Of a stretch of 64,000 nt of DNA, positions 16,680-25,492 are shown piece by piece; position 1 is the first letter of the stretch, and each line of letters begins with the position of its first letter. A model generated the notes under the pieces. That model did no database searches, was not told where the DNA came from, and was given only the letters and a program-made list of their open reading frames with translations. The stretch comes from Patescibacteria group bacterium (GTDB lineage Bacteria; Patescibacteriota; Patescibacteriia; GWA2-46-9), in NCBI GenBank assembly GCA_041675205.1, contig JBAYUF010000002.1:1731-65730 (forward strand), given 5' to 3'. The position numbers and the translations under genes are program-made.

Positions 16680-18023
16680 CTACACAATGAGCGGCAGTGA
16701 CTCTAGAGGAAAGTGTTCATCGGTTATAACGCTCTCTATTCGATACGCACCGTGGGTTGGTGCTTCGATGTAGCCGCTCCACGCCATCTTGGCGAGACCA
16801 CCACTTGCCACCCAGTCAAAGAGCCACTCGCCAACATACTTTGGGTTATGCTGCGGCACACCACCTCCAACCGTTTGCAGCCAACGCGCGTTAAACTCTT
16901 CCTGAGATCCAAGCGGGGGAGCAATAATTATTGGTAATCCTGCGCCAGCATAGAAAGATTGTTCTGATGGTTTCGTCCACAAAACATCCGTCGTCGCTAG
17001 TCGCTTTGTGTAATCACGGAAGTAGTCGTGACGACTTTTTGTGTAGTAAACATGTACGCTACTGCCAAGATATTTCGTTAGGCGCAGATCGCTGACTGCT
17101 TTCTTGTAGAGGTCGCGAACACCGCGATGCGTGCCGGCTTCAAGGTTAAACGTAATCTCGTTTCTGGCAATACGAACACGGAGCGACTGCAGTGCCTCAA
17201 CGCCAATTTTTGCTTGCGCTCCGGCACCACCAACAGCGAAAGTAACAGTGAGCGACCGTGGTTGCGGTCGACTATGCCAATCGCGACCAAAGTGCTGGTG
17301 CAACGTTCGGTCGTACTGCTTTCTGAAAATACCATTTGGGTCAAGATTATTGAGTCGTCGCGAAATTTGACGCCGGAGCTGTGCTGGGTCTGGCCCGTCA
17401 ACTAATTCTTTTGGTAGGGGGAAACCAGTCAAGAAAATGTTCTCCTCGGGCACCCCATAGAGCTTCAACCGTTCTACCACTCTGCCGGTCGGGGCAAAAT
17501 ATTTAATGCGGCTTTGCTTTGGGTCAAGCGCTGCCCACGCTCTGCTAATATCGGCGTCAGTTACCACGCAATATATTTCCCCGGGGTAGCCATAATATTC
17601 AGCGGCAAACGCCGGAAGAAAAAAGGTTGTAACGAGTGGTAAATTTTTTCGTCGGAGACGATCAATCAGGTCGCGCATGAACTCATGCTTCTCCATCATT
17701 CGATACAGTTCACGAACTTGGAGGGTGGGGCGAGATAAATCACGACGTGGATAGAACGGCTGAATCTCTTGCAGCTTATCGTACGTTTCAAAAATGAACT
17801 GCCCCACAAGCGGCACGGTGCTGAGGCGTGAAATAGCCTCATAAAATTTTCTTCCTTGCTGCCAAAGCTGTAAATCCTTAGCTGGAATACCATCGTAATT
17901 ATTCGCCGTTACAATGTCGCCTGACGCAATGTGCCGTAAACCAAAAGCGGCGCGCTCGTGACCATATCCCATGTCGACCGATACAACCCACGCTTTCTGT
18001 TTTACTATACTGTTTTGTTTCAT
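16680..18023 (-). CDS. glycosyltransferase, MGDG-synthase/UgtP-like (GT28-related) family
   Basis: 447 aa. The N-terminal VVSVDMGYGHERAA resembles the G(N/Y)GH motif of the MGDG-synthase N-domain. A C-terminal GT-B Rossmann half is present. Tentative. Confidence 0.45.
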   Translation of the reverse strand: MKQNSIVKQKAWVVSVDMGYGHERAAFGLRHIASGDIVTANNYDGIPAKDLQLWQQGRKFYEAISRLSTVPLVGQFIFETYDKLQEIQPFYPRRDLSRPTLQVRELYRMMEKHEFMRDLIDRLRRKNLPLVTTFFLPAFAAEYYGYPGEIYCVVTDADISRAWAALDPKQSRIKYFAPTGRVVERLKLYGVPEENIFLTGFPLPKELVDGPDPAQLRRQISRRLNNLDPNGIFRKQYDRTLHQHFGRDWHSRPQPRSLTVTFAVGGAGAQAKIGVEALQSLRVRIARNEITFNLEAGTHRGVRDLYKKAVSDLRLTKYLGSSVHVYYTKSRHDYFRDYTKRLATTDVLWTKPSEQSFYAGAGLPIIIAPPLGSQEEFNARWLQTVGGGVPQHNPKYVGEWLFDWVASGGLAKMAWSGYIEAPTHGAYRIESVITDEHFPLESLPLIV

Positions 18024-18084
18024 AGTACTTTCTTTATATTGTGCACTGCTAAAAATTACTCACGAACTGTTTTGGTAGCTGTTA

Positions 18085-18447
18085 CTACTGATGGAGCCAA
18101 TTAACTGCTTCTTGTTCAGAGTCAAAAAAACCAACCTTGGAGCTTTTTGCAAAACGAACGGCAAATTCAACGAACACTCTTTGCGTCTCATTAAGGAACC
18201 CAAAAAAGGCTACCTTTGTAAGTTGCGGATGCTCCAGGGCGGGAACGTACGCCTTGAGGGTCGCTGGGTCAGCCGAATTACTGGCGCTCGACAAATCAAC
18301 CAGTGCTGAAAACTGTTCACCCGGATGGTCTGAAAATGTTTTTAAGACAACACCAGTCAATGTCTCCGCCTTAGCGGCGTCATCTTCTGCGTAAACAGTA
18401 ACGCGCAGCTGATTGTTTGGTTCAATGGCAAGTGTATGTGCGGGCAT
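18085..18447 (-). CDS. hypothetical protein (possible STAS/SpoIIAA-like fold)
   Basis: 120 aa with no strong motif. The C-terminus, FFDSEQEAVNWL, is reminiscent of STAS-domain proteins. Confidence 0.35.
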   Translation of the reverse strand: MPAHTLAIEPNNQLRVTVYAEDDAAKAETLTGVVLKTFSDHPGEQFSALVDLSSASNSADPATLKAYVPALEHPQLTKVAFFGFLNETQRVFVEFAVRFAKSSKVGFFDSEQEAVNWLHQ

Positions 18448-18578
18448 AGAGCAAGTGTACGTCGAGCATCACCCGTGGGCAAGAAGTGCCTTACCTTGAC
18501 CGATAGCAATCCACATCGTAGTATGTTGTGTTCGGCCAAAAAGGGTTGGACAAAAAACTCACAAGGGGTTCAAGAGTA

Positions 18579-18920
18579 ATGTTGTTTTTGTTTGACGTCC
18601 ATCTAAGCGAATACCTCCCAGTGGTGGAGGCAGTCAAGAAAGAGCTCGGCTCCGAGTTGGTAGCAACCGATTCGGCTGTCGAGGCGGAAAAACTGATCGA
18701 AGGACTCACGACTGCACCGAGTGTGGCAATCGTCACCCCTGGTGATGCACACTGCGAAGAAGGGCGCAGGGTAGCAACGCAGCTCCGGGCAAAGTTCCCG
18801 GACACGAAGATAGTCCTTTGGTCCACCCAGACCTACCGGGGACCGTGGGACGAAGAGGTCCAGCGGCATTGGGCGTTGGAGGACAACACCACACCGCTTA
18901 TTCAGGCCATCAAGGCCTGA
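18579..18920 (+). CDS. hypothetical protein with a degenerate receiver-like fold
   Basis: Start at ATG 18579, preceded by AAGGGG. The first residues MLFLFDVH, and then KIVLWST, resemble a REC domain, but the canonical acid pocket and Lys are missing. Moderately GC-rich. Confidence 0.3.
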   Translation: MLFLFDVHLSEYLPVVEAVKKELGSELVATDSAVEAEKLIEGLTTAPSVAIVTPGDAHCEEGRRVATQLRAKFPDTKIVLWSTQTYRGPWDEEVQRHWALEDNTTPLIQAIKA

Positions 18921-18942
18921 CCAAAACCTGGTTCGCGAACTA

Positions 18943-18986
18943 CGCCGGCCGTTTCTCCCCAAACTTGGGTTGAGGAACGGCCGGCG
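18943..18986 (+). terminator. stem-loop CGCCGGCCGTT...AACGGCCGGCG followed by an AT-rich tract
   Basis: 11-bp inverted repeat 23 bp after the stop at 18918-18920. The same AACGGCCG arm style occurs at 10265. Confidence 0.45.
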
Positions 18987-19149
18987 AAATCATTTTTAAT
19001 AATCACGCCTGGGTTGACAAATCTATAAAAACTTGTACGATACAGAGTTCTTTTCTCAATTTTGGGAACTGAATCACTTTGCAAATTAGAAGTTGTTGCA
19101 AGAGTGGGTAAGGTAACTTCGCTTTGAAAATTGACTTAGAGGTGAGCAG

Positions 19150-19782
19150 ATGAGCGACCAGATCAGCACAACCACCAACCCCGTCGGCAGCTGCGTGCAC
19201 TGCAGCAAGCCAGCGACGGGTGGGAACTGGGAGAAATACTTCCGTGTGCCCTCAATGATCGAGATCGAGAACTTTCTCGAGGCGCAAGGAATGCCCCGGA
19301 TCGTTCAGGAGGAGCACCTGTTCATGGTGCTCGTTTGCTCGGTCTGCCGACCCGAACTCGAAGCGGCGGGCATGGCCTTCCACCAGGTCTGCTCCGCGCG
19401 CAGGCTGATCAAAGAGGACGAGGTCAGGCGGGCGGAACAGGTGAAGCGCGAGGCCGAAGCCAAGGTGAAGCGCGAAGCCCGCGAGGCCGAAGCCAAGGTG
19501 AAGCGCGAAGCCCGCGAGGCCGAAGCCAAGGTGAAGCGCGAACGGGCTGCGGCGACTGCTGCCCTCTTCGGCCACAAGCCCGATGAGCAGCGTCAGCGTC
19601 CGCACCGCACGGAAGTGATCGGACGCATCGAGCCGACCACCAGGCCGGTTGAACTGCCCCGCCATGTCCGAGGCAATGGCCAGTTCCGGAACTCCCCGTT
19701 CGCCGACATGGGACAGCCGCCCCGCAACGAGGAGCGAACCCACCCCAAGAGCGGAAAAAGGAACCGCGGCCACCGCTCCTGA
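19150..19782 (+). CDS. hypothetical protein: N-terminal Cys4 zinc-ribbon-like region plus Ala/Glu/Lys/Arg repeat coiled-coil
   Basis: GC-rich ORF with RBS GAGGTGA. It has CVHC...(40 aa)...CSVC. The 11-aa unit VKREAREAEAK occurs about three times, encoded by 33-bp DNA repeats. Confidence 0.5.
   Translation: MSDQISTTTNPVGSCVHCSKPATGGNWEKYFRVPSMIEIENFLEAQGMPRIVQEEHLFMVLVCSVCRPELEAAGMAFHQVCSARRLIKEDEVRRAEQVKREAEAKVKREAREAEAKVKREAREAEAKVKRERAAATAALFGHKPDEQRQRPHRTEVIGRIEPTTRPVELPRHVRGNGQFRNSPFADMGQPPRNEERTHPKSGKRNRGHRS
19441..19540 (+). repeat. 33-bp tandem repeat (about 3 copies; first copy is a shortened 24-bp form) GTGAAGCGCGAAGCCCGCGAGGCCGAAGCCAAG inside the CDS
   Basis: Units start at 19441, 19465, 19498 and 19531. 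Confidence 0.8.
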
Positions 19783-19861
19783 CCACAACCGCTCACATGC
19801 CGCCTGCTCTCGACTTAAAGGAAGAGAGCAGGCGGCGGGACAAGTAAGAAGGAATGAAGCG

Positions 19862-20218
19862 ATGAAAGAAGACGACGTGAAGAAGAGTCTGCGGAGCTTC
19901 CTGGACGAGTCGTGCTCACCTGGAGCACAGCCCGTTCAGGAGGTCGTCGCATTGGTGTTTTGGCGGGAACACTACTGGTTCCCGCGACTGAGAGCAACGT
20001 TCGTGCGAAGAACGAACAAACACGGACTGTTGGTCGCCAACAGACACGTGATGGAGGCACGCAAGAACACGGCGCAGGCGAGCGCAGAGCTCGAGACCTG
20101 CGACGCCACCAGTCAGACGGTGTTCCTGGCCTCTATGGGCCATGCTCGCGAACATCGCTGCCAGTTGGCGAGCGACCTCATCGTCGCTGCGCTCAAGCGC
20201 TGCGGCTACATCAGCTGA
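19862..20218 (+). CDS. hypothetical protein
   Basis: 118 aa. Start ATG at 19862 after AAGGAA. The upstream part of track ORF 19649..20218 overlaps the previous gene out of frame, so it is trimmed. Confidence 0.4.
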   Translation: MKEDDVKKSLRSFLDESCSPGAQPVQEVVALVFWREHYWFPRLRATFVRRTNKHGLLVANRHVMEARKNTAQASAELETCDATSQTVFLASMGHAREHRCQLASDLIVAALKRCGYIS

Positions 20219-20261
20219 CGTGCCCAAGTCGCCACCCTGGCGACTACGGCCGAACAATTCC

Positions 20262-20312
20262 GAAAGGGCCCACACATCGTCAAGATGTTGTTCGGGCCCT
20301 TTCTTCGTTTTG
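20262..20312 (+). terminator. rho-independent terminator (AAAGGGCCC...GGGCCCTTT then U-run)
   Basis: 9-bp GC-rich stem with an internal ACATC/GATGT sub-stem, followed by TTCTTCGTTTTG. Confidence 0.5.
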
Positions 20313-20425
20313 AAAATTTTAAAACGACCAACTGACCAACGTTAGACAATTGACTGATGAGTATAATGCTGCTAATTTGCGGCCACGAACGAACGTTCAA
20401 AACTCGCAAGGAGCAAACCCCGACC

Positions 20426-21055
20426 ATGACGAATTGTTTTCGAATGATGGCAACAGGCATTCTACTTGAAGGCATTCCGGTTATCGGCAACGGAAAGCGC
20501 TGCGTACAGCTTGGCGACAGGGAGGACGTCCGTGTGATTCCATTTCATGCGCAACCACCCTTGGTGCGCGATGAGCTTCTTCGTGAAGCTGCACCGGATA
20601 AAACCAACCCCAAGCGTCCGCTGCTGCGTAGCAAGGGGCGGTGGGGTGGTGTGCTCATCATGGTAACGACTCGTATACTCCGCTTCCCGGAGACGACGAG
20701 CACCCACCTGCCGTGCATCATGAATGCGTGGGCGGGTATCGAACAGGCCGAATACCCTTTCGCGCAATCGGGCACACGATACTTGCTGGTCGCTATTGAG
20801 GATGGCGAGATATGTTTCGCTTGCGACACAACGAAGCGCTACGTACAGCTTTTTTGCAATAACGGCCGCATCGAAATATCAGCCGCCGACCCACAAAAAC
20901 TGGCCGGATGTCTGGTGGAACGAGCCAGACGAAGAGGCAATGCACACGCAGGTCTCACATGGACCCTGCGCACGCTCGAGAACCTGGGCTACGGGAATCT
21001 ATGGCCAGATGATCTCCGGAAACGACTCGCCGCAATGGACACCTGTCGATACTAA
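20426..21055 (+). CDS. hypothetical protein
   Basis: 209 aa starting at ATG 20426, 12 nt after AAGGAG. GC-rich. No recognisable family. Confidence 0.4.
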   Translation: MTNCFRMMATGILLEGIPVIGNGKRCVQLGDREDVRVIPFHAQPPLVRDELLREAAPDKTNPKRPLLRSKGRWGGVLIMVTTRILRFPETTSTHLPCIMNAWAGIEQAEYPFAQSGTRYLLVAIEDGEICFACDTTKRYVQLFCNNGRIEISAADPQKLAGCLVERARRRGNAHAGLTWTLRTLENLGYGNLWPDDLRKRLAAMDTCRY

Positions 21056-21119
21056 AGATAAGCGCAACTGCGCTAAGGAGGAACGAGTGGCAAAGGGAAG
21101 GAAATAGGAAAGAGGCGCG

Positions 21120-21326
21120 GTGCCAAAACCCACCAAACCTTCTTCAACGGAGGAGCTGGCAGACCAAGTAAGAACGTTCCTCGACACGGCGACCCCGAAG
21201 GAACGCGAAATCTTTGCCGTACGCTTCGGCATCGGTACGCCAGACGGGAAATCTTTCCCGAAGACCAATGCGAAAATCGCCGCAATCGTGAAACGCGCGA
21301 TGGCGGCCCTCCATAATAAGACCTAG
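21120..21326 (+). CDS. small protein with a sigma-70 region-4-like segment (REREIFAVRFGIG...)
   Basis: 68 aa with a GTG start. TPKEREIFAVRFGIGTPDGKSF resembles the L..RE..V...RFGL.DG. start of sigma region 4.2, but the protein is too short for a complete HTH. Confidence 0.3.
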   Translation: MPKPTKPSSTEELADQVRTFLDTATPKEREIFAVRFGIGTPDGKSFPKTNAKIAAIVKRAMAALHNKT

Positions 21327-21345
21327 CGGTCTTAGTCTCCGGCCA

Positions 21346-21400
21346 GAAGGCCCCCGCATTGCTTTAAACACAGCAGCGCCGGGGCCTTCGAACTTTTTGA
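21346..21400. terminator. hairpin GAAGGCCCC...GGGGCCTTC plus T-run between convergent genes
   Basis: 9-bp stem with a long loop, then AACTTTTTGAATTG. Confidence 0.4.
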
Positions 21401-21407
21401 ATTGCTT

Positions 21408-22403
21408 CTAGCTACTCGTTACTGGTGCGCCTACTGAGTAATTTACAAAAAAGGCTTCTGGTAAATCATCTACCTGTTTTGACCAGTTCGCGCCGTACAT
21501 ACTGACTGCAATGTCGGGTGACGTTACGTGCCGTAAGACTCCACCGAGCTGCACCACATAGACGTGTGGGTCTGTTGGCACCTTCACCATTCGCACTCCT
21601 GGGCGTGAGGTTACATTCCCACCAAGCGGGATGTTGGCAAGGTCTGTGTCAGTAATTTTTACAACACCTGTAAAGTCTGGGTACCAGCTGATGTAAGTTT
21701 TTTGATTTGGAAAAACATACCGCTTGTTGTCCGCACCACAGTAGTAGACGGCGCTCAGTGAACCCTTGATGAGTGTGTTCGACTCGCAAACTGTGTTGAA
21801 GTTCGCGACCAACTGCTTATCGTCATTTATGGTTGGCGCACTTTGTGTAGCTTTGGCGGGATCAAATTTTGTAACGCTATCTGCAACAACGAGGCTTGGG
21901 TAAGGATTTATAGGAGAGTGGTCTGGTAAACGTATTTCAAAATGAAGATGCGACCCAATGTTTTCGGCATTACCGCTATCACCAACCCAACCAATATGTT
22001 GCCCAGCCACCACCGGTGACCCACGCTCAATTCCCGGTGCATAGGCATACGGCGGGCCACCTAAACCGTCATCGGTGCCAGGCGTGTCGTTATTAATGTG
22101 AAGGTAATGATACGAGTATCCGTCATTTCCCCGAATGATAATAGTAAATCCGTACGACGGCTCTTCTTGGGGCAATGAGCTAACATAGCCGCCTACGGCG
22201 GAAACAACTGGTGTCATTTTTGCAGCAGTAATATCTATACCCTCGTGCACGCGCCCACCAGAGCGAGGGTCACCATAGTCATCACTAAAACTGTGCGCAC
22301 CATTCACTGGGAACGTAATGGTACGAAGTTCCTGCGTCTCAGCAAGACTGACTGCGGGAAGCAATAGTGAAAAGACTGAGATTATAGTGACAATTTTCAA
22401 CAT
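21408..22403 (-). CDS. M23-family metallopeptidase (secreted)
   Basis: 331 aa with a signal peptide. The M23 core is HEGIDITA...GWVGDSGNAENIGSHLHFEI (HxxxD and HxH). Confidence 0.85.
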   Translation of the reverse strand: MLKIVTIISVFSLLLPAVSLAETQELRTITFPVNGAHSFSDDYGDPRSGGRVHEGIDITAAKMTPVVSAVGGYVSSLPQEEPSYGFTIIIRGNDGYSYHYLHINNDTPGTDDGLGGPPYAYAPGIERGSPVVAGQHIGWVGDSGNAENIGSHLHFEIRLPDHSPINPYPSLVVADSVTKFDPAKATQSAPTINDDKQLVANFNTVCESNTLIKGSLSAVYYCGADNKRYVFPNQKTYISWYPDFTGVVKITDTDLANIPLGGNVTSRPGVRMVKVPTDPHVYVVQLGGVLRHVTSPDIAVSMYGANWSKQVDDLPEAFFVNYSVGAPVTSS

Positions 22404-22674
22404 AAGCTCTGCATTGTTATATATCTGCTGCTACAAGTAGCACTTCAGGGCTAGGCAGTAGCCTAGCATGGATTAACCACCAACAGCATCGTGGTAACCA
22501 GCGTATGAGATGCGACTGAAAGGGAAGTGATTACATGGTTAAGGTAACTTTTGATACGTCATTAACTTTAAAAACAGGTTAATCTTCTTGATCATCGTTC
22601 TTTTTAATTGGGGCTATTGACAGTTTTATTTATAAAGCTAAGGTGTGGGCACAAACCAAGGAGGTGGCACAACA

Positions 22675-22965
22675 ATGCCAACGCAAAGGTTCAACAACTA
22701 CCAACGAGGGGCCAATCGCCCCCTGAACGGTGAACGGTTCGGTGACAGTCGCCTTGAGTGGGTACTCGGTTGCAGCGGTACGCACCACGCCCGACTCACT
22801 GAACGAGTCGAAGTCGTGAACGACGAGGGGGTACCGTTCGTTCAACACAGCCGAACGCAGAAGGACATCAAGGTCACAACAAAGGGCCCCTGCGATGGTT
22901 CTTGTACCGGCCGGCAGGGAGGGGGCCACTTCTTCGCCGAAGTCGACTCAGTTGGCGACAGCTAA
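22675..22965 (+). CDS. hypothetical protein (GC-rich islet)
   Basis: 96 aa. ATG at 22675, preceded by AAGGAGG. There is an overlapping antisense ORF, so the strand choice rests on the RBS. Confidence 0.35.
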   Translation: MPTQRFNNYQRGANRPLNGERFGDSRLEWVLGCSGTHHARLTERVEVVNDEGVPFVQHSRTQKDIKVTTKGPCDGSCTGRQGGGHFFAEVDSVGDS

Positions 22966-23020
22966 CTGCTCGCACAACCCAAGACACATTTGGGTGTAGG
23001 GAGCCAACACAGAGAATCAT

Positions 23021-23058
23021 GAAGAGGGAACATGTGTCGTTCCCTCTTCATCTTTTTT
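23021..23058 (+). terminator. rho-independent terminator GAAGAGGGAAC-auguguc-GUUCCCUCUUC-UUUUUU
   Basis: 11-bp perfect stem followed by a T-run. Immediately precedes repeat A1. Confidence 0.7.
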
Positions 23059-23117
23059 AAAAAGTTTTGGAAACAAAAACACTCCCGTTGCACGGGGGAT
23101 GTGTATTGATTTTTAGC
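23050..23117 (+). repeat. island repeat A, copy 1 (approx. CTTTTTGAAAAGGTTTTGGAAACAAAAACAATCCCGTTGCACGGGATGTTTTGATTTTTAGCC)
   Basis: One of three direct copies (see 24994 and 27973). Each follows a GC-rich terminator hairpin, contains the small hairpin ATCCCG-TTGCA-CGGGAT, and ends in TTTTTAGCC. Confidence 0.8.
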
Positions 23118-23279
23118 CTTAGAGGGGCCACCAAGGGACGTGATACCCTACAACGGGTTATAAAATAAACCGACTCAAAGCCCCTAAATCCAACCCAGTT
23201 TGGGTCAGCAACATGCTTTGCCAGTGTCTAGCCTGATGGAAAGCTGTATACTTATAACAATATTAATGATTAGAATTTT

Positions 23280-23879
23280 ATGAATAATAAAGTGGTCTCA
23301 ATTGTCGTCGCCGTTTTGGTAACCCTTGGTCTTGCTTCAGGCGTCTATTTTATGGTGGGTAGTCCCTCCAAAACCGAGCTACAGGTTGACCAAGCAATTC
23401 AAATTGATACTCAAGAACAAGCCGAAACGGATTCAGCAAATGTGACTGAGCCATCAAAGTCCACCTCTCTAAAAATCCTACTAGCCTCAGGCCAACCTCA
23501 GCGCTGTCAGTTTATAGATTCCACTGATCCTTTTAAAACACAGGGCACCGTGTTTATAAATGGTGGAAAAGTAAGAGGAGACTTAATGTCCACAAGAGAT
23601 TCCAAAATAATGAAATTTCATATGATTGGCGATATGGAAACAAATTACGTTTGGGTTGAAGGGATGACAACCGGTGCTAAATCTACAGTAAAAAGTTCTT
23701 CCGCAGTTCCCGGCGATGATAAATGGCAAGGAATTGATAATGACAAAGAAGCCGACTACCGTTGCGATCCCTGGATAGTAGATAGCTCCTTATTTGTTTT
23801 ACCGACAAACATAGAATTTATTGACATGTCACGGCCGATCATAGATCAAGGACCAATCGGTTTGCCTAACAATAACTAG
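23280..23879 (+). CDS. hypothetical secreted/membrane-anchored protein
   Basis: 199 aa. N-terminal signal/TM VVSIVVAVLVTLGLASGVYFMV. No family recognised. Confidence 0.5.
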   Translation: MNNKVVSIVVAVLVTLGLASGVYFMVGSPSKTELQVDQAIQIDTQEQAETDSANVTEPSKSTSLKILLASGQPQRCQFIDSTDPFKTQGTVFINGGKVRGDLMSTRDSKIMKFHMIGDMETNYVWVEGMTTGAKSTVKSSSAVPGDDKWQGIDNDKEADYRCDPWIVDSSLFVLPTNIEFIDMSRPIIDQGPIGLPNNN

Positions 23880-23993
23880 CCGAGGAGTCTCGTCCTGAAC
23901 AGCCCCAAATACTTGCGCACGTTCGCACCTCTCGGCGCTCGACTGCGCTTTGACTGTTTCGTCCTTGCTCGTTCGAATTTTCTGCTTATTAAA

Positions 23994-24035
23994 TAAAAAA
24001 TACCTGGCGCTATGTCAGGTATTTTTTATTAGCCC
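23994..24035. terminator. hairpin AAAAATACCTGGCGCTATGTCAGGTATTTTTT, then TAGCCCTAG
   Basis: Stem TACCTG/CAGGTA with flanking A- and T-runs. The 9-mer TAGCCCTAG recurs at 29505. Confidence 0.55.
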
Positions 24036-24144
24036 TAGAAGGAAATAGTGAAGATTGGCACTCCGGAAGAGGACAGAACTATATTGACCGTCTATTAGAC
24101 CAAGAGTAAGGTGGCCGCACAACTGCAGAAGGAGGAACTGCTTT

Positions 24145-24639
24145 ATGCTCATTAGAATTGAATACTTAGGACAGTTCGTTGGTTGGCGCATTGATTGCGA
24201 CGGTTGCGGCGTCAAGGACGAACACGACCGCGGCCCGGAAGGTCAGATTCTCCTCGCACACAACGAGGAGAGGGAAGCCTACGATTCGGCCTCATGCACG
24301 GAGTGCGACAACAGCCCATGGATTCTCCGCGTCGGTGACGACGACCTCTGTGAGTCGTGTCGCAACGAGGGTCCGCTGACAGCCGATCAACGGCGCATCT
24401 ACGGCCACCTCCTCGATGCCGCCGTCGCCCACGAAGCCGACATACCAGTCAATGATCTACTCACTACCAGGTTAGCTGACACAACCCCTGCCATCGACGC
24501 TCTCCTAGCAAACGTGCTCGGAGCAACAAAATTGGAACCTCCCCAGGACGCCATGAAAATCAAGATACAACTCTTGGGGTCACCTCCTACTGTTGCGTGG
24601 GTACTCAGAAATGCCGCGCGCGGGCTTAAGGTGAGCTAG
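24145..24639 (+). CDS. hypothetical Cys-rich (zinc-ribbon-like) protein
   Basis: 164 aa and GC-rich. Strong RBS GAAGGAGG. Four Cys pairs: CDGCG...CTEC...CESC. Confidence 0.45.
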   Translation: MLIRIEYLGQFVGWRIDCDGCGVKDEHDRGPEGQILLAHNEEREAYDSASCTECDNSPWILRVGDDDLCESCRNEGPLTADQRRIYGHLLDAAVAHEADIPVNDLLTTRLADTTPAIDALLANVLGATKLEPPQDAMKIKIQLLGSPPTVAWVLRNAARGLKVS

Positions 24640-24672
24640 TGTCCTGAAAACGAAGGACCACAGGAGGAGCCA

Positions 24673-24924
24673 ATGAATAATAAGCGAGGAGATATAACCA
24701 AGCTACTAAGGAAACTGCGTGTAGCTGTCAAGGTAATCGAAGATTTTGACCTTCGTGCATTGCGGCGGGAACTGAAAGAAACACAAACAGAGATGGCTCA
24801 GATGCTCGGTGTTTCTCTGCGGACATACAGTACGTGGGAGAGGAAGGAGTCGAACACACCACTTCGAACGCTGAAATATCTCTGCACCCCAAGCAAGAAG
24901 ACGACCGCCAAACGCAAGCGATGA
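24673..24924 (+). CDS. XRE-family helix-turn-helix transcriptional regulator
   Basis: 83 aa with RBS AGGAGG. LRRELKETQTEMAQMLGVSLRTYSTWER is an HTH_XRE-type motif. Confidence 0.65.
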   Translation: MNNKRGDITKLLRKLRVAVKVIEDFDLRALRRELKETQTEMAQMLGVSLRTYSTWERKESNTPLRTLKYLCTPSKKTTAKRKR

Positions 24925-24950
24925 AAACAAGATAGGAACCGCCGAACGAA

Positions 24951-24999
24951 GAAGACCCGTGTGCATTGCAACTGCAGTGCCCGGGTCTTCGTTCTTTTT
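24951..24999 (+). terminator. terminator hairpin GAAGACCCG...CGGGTCTTC plus T-run, preceding repeat A2
   Basis: 9-bp stem with a 22-nt loop, then GTTCTTTTT. Confidence 0.55.
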
Positions 25000-25057
25000 G
25001 AAAAGGTTTTAAAAATAAAAACAATCCCGTTGCACGGGATGTTTTGATTTTTGTTAG
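24994..25057 (+). repeat. island repeat A, copy 2
   Basis: CTTTTTGAAAAGGTTTTAAAAATAAAAACAATCCCGTTGCACGGGATGTTTTGATTTTTGTTAG, near-identical to copies 1 and 3. Confidence 0.8.
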
Positions 25058-25089
25058 TAGAGTACTATCCTTTGGGTAAGGAGGATACC

Positions 25090-25248
25090 GTGAACACCAT
25101 CGAAGACTTGATTGGAATGATCTTTACCGCGGCCGCTGAAGAGGGGTGGCAACCAAATGGGGATACCTTGATGATAGTTGATCCTATCATCTATCGCCTG
25201 AAGCTCGTCGTCAAACCAGATGGCACCATGGTTTGGGAAGACGACTAG
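25090..25248 (+). CDS. hypothetical small protein
   Basis: 52 aa from GTG 25090, 6 nt after AAGGAGG. The track ORF 25051..25248 includes upstream non-coding sequence. Confidence 0.3.
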   Translation: MNTIEDLIGMIFTAAAEEGWQPNGDTLMIVDPIIYRLKLVVKPDGTMVWEDD

Positions 25249-25364
25249 ACCGCCGCCCATGCCCACCACTGAAGTCCGTCGGGCGCACAGCAAAAGATAG
25301 CTGTCGCGCTCGATGGGCTTCTTCATTTTCAAAAGTCAGCCCACCCTTTCAGGTTAGATTTTTT

Positions 25365-25410
25365 TAGCCTCACTCCCGCAGGGATCGTTCACAAAAAAAC
25401 GTGCTTATCC
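25365..25410 (+). repeat. island repeat B, copy 1: TAGCCTCACTCCCGCAGGGATCGTTCACAAAAAAACGTGCTTATCC
   Basis: Direct repeat of 27745..27790. It resembles the forward-strand image of the tRNA-Glu 3' end (TAGCCCCACGGGGAATCGAACC). Confidence 0.6.
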
Positions 25411-25492
25411 ATGTTTTTCATTGCGCAACTTGTCCTCGTGTAAGCATACAGAATCAGAGATTAATCAAATACTCAATTCTCTAATTCCACCC

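Noticed and set aside
19252-19796. Multiple antisense or alternative-frame ORFs (19252..19788, 19424..19786, 19593..19796 and others) in the 18.5-21.4 kb islet
   Set aside because: These are dense overlapping ORFs expected by chance in GC-rich DNA. The sense frames have RBSs and non-repetitive sequence.
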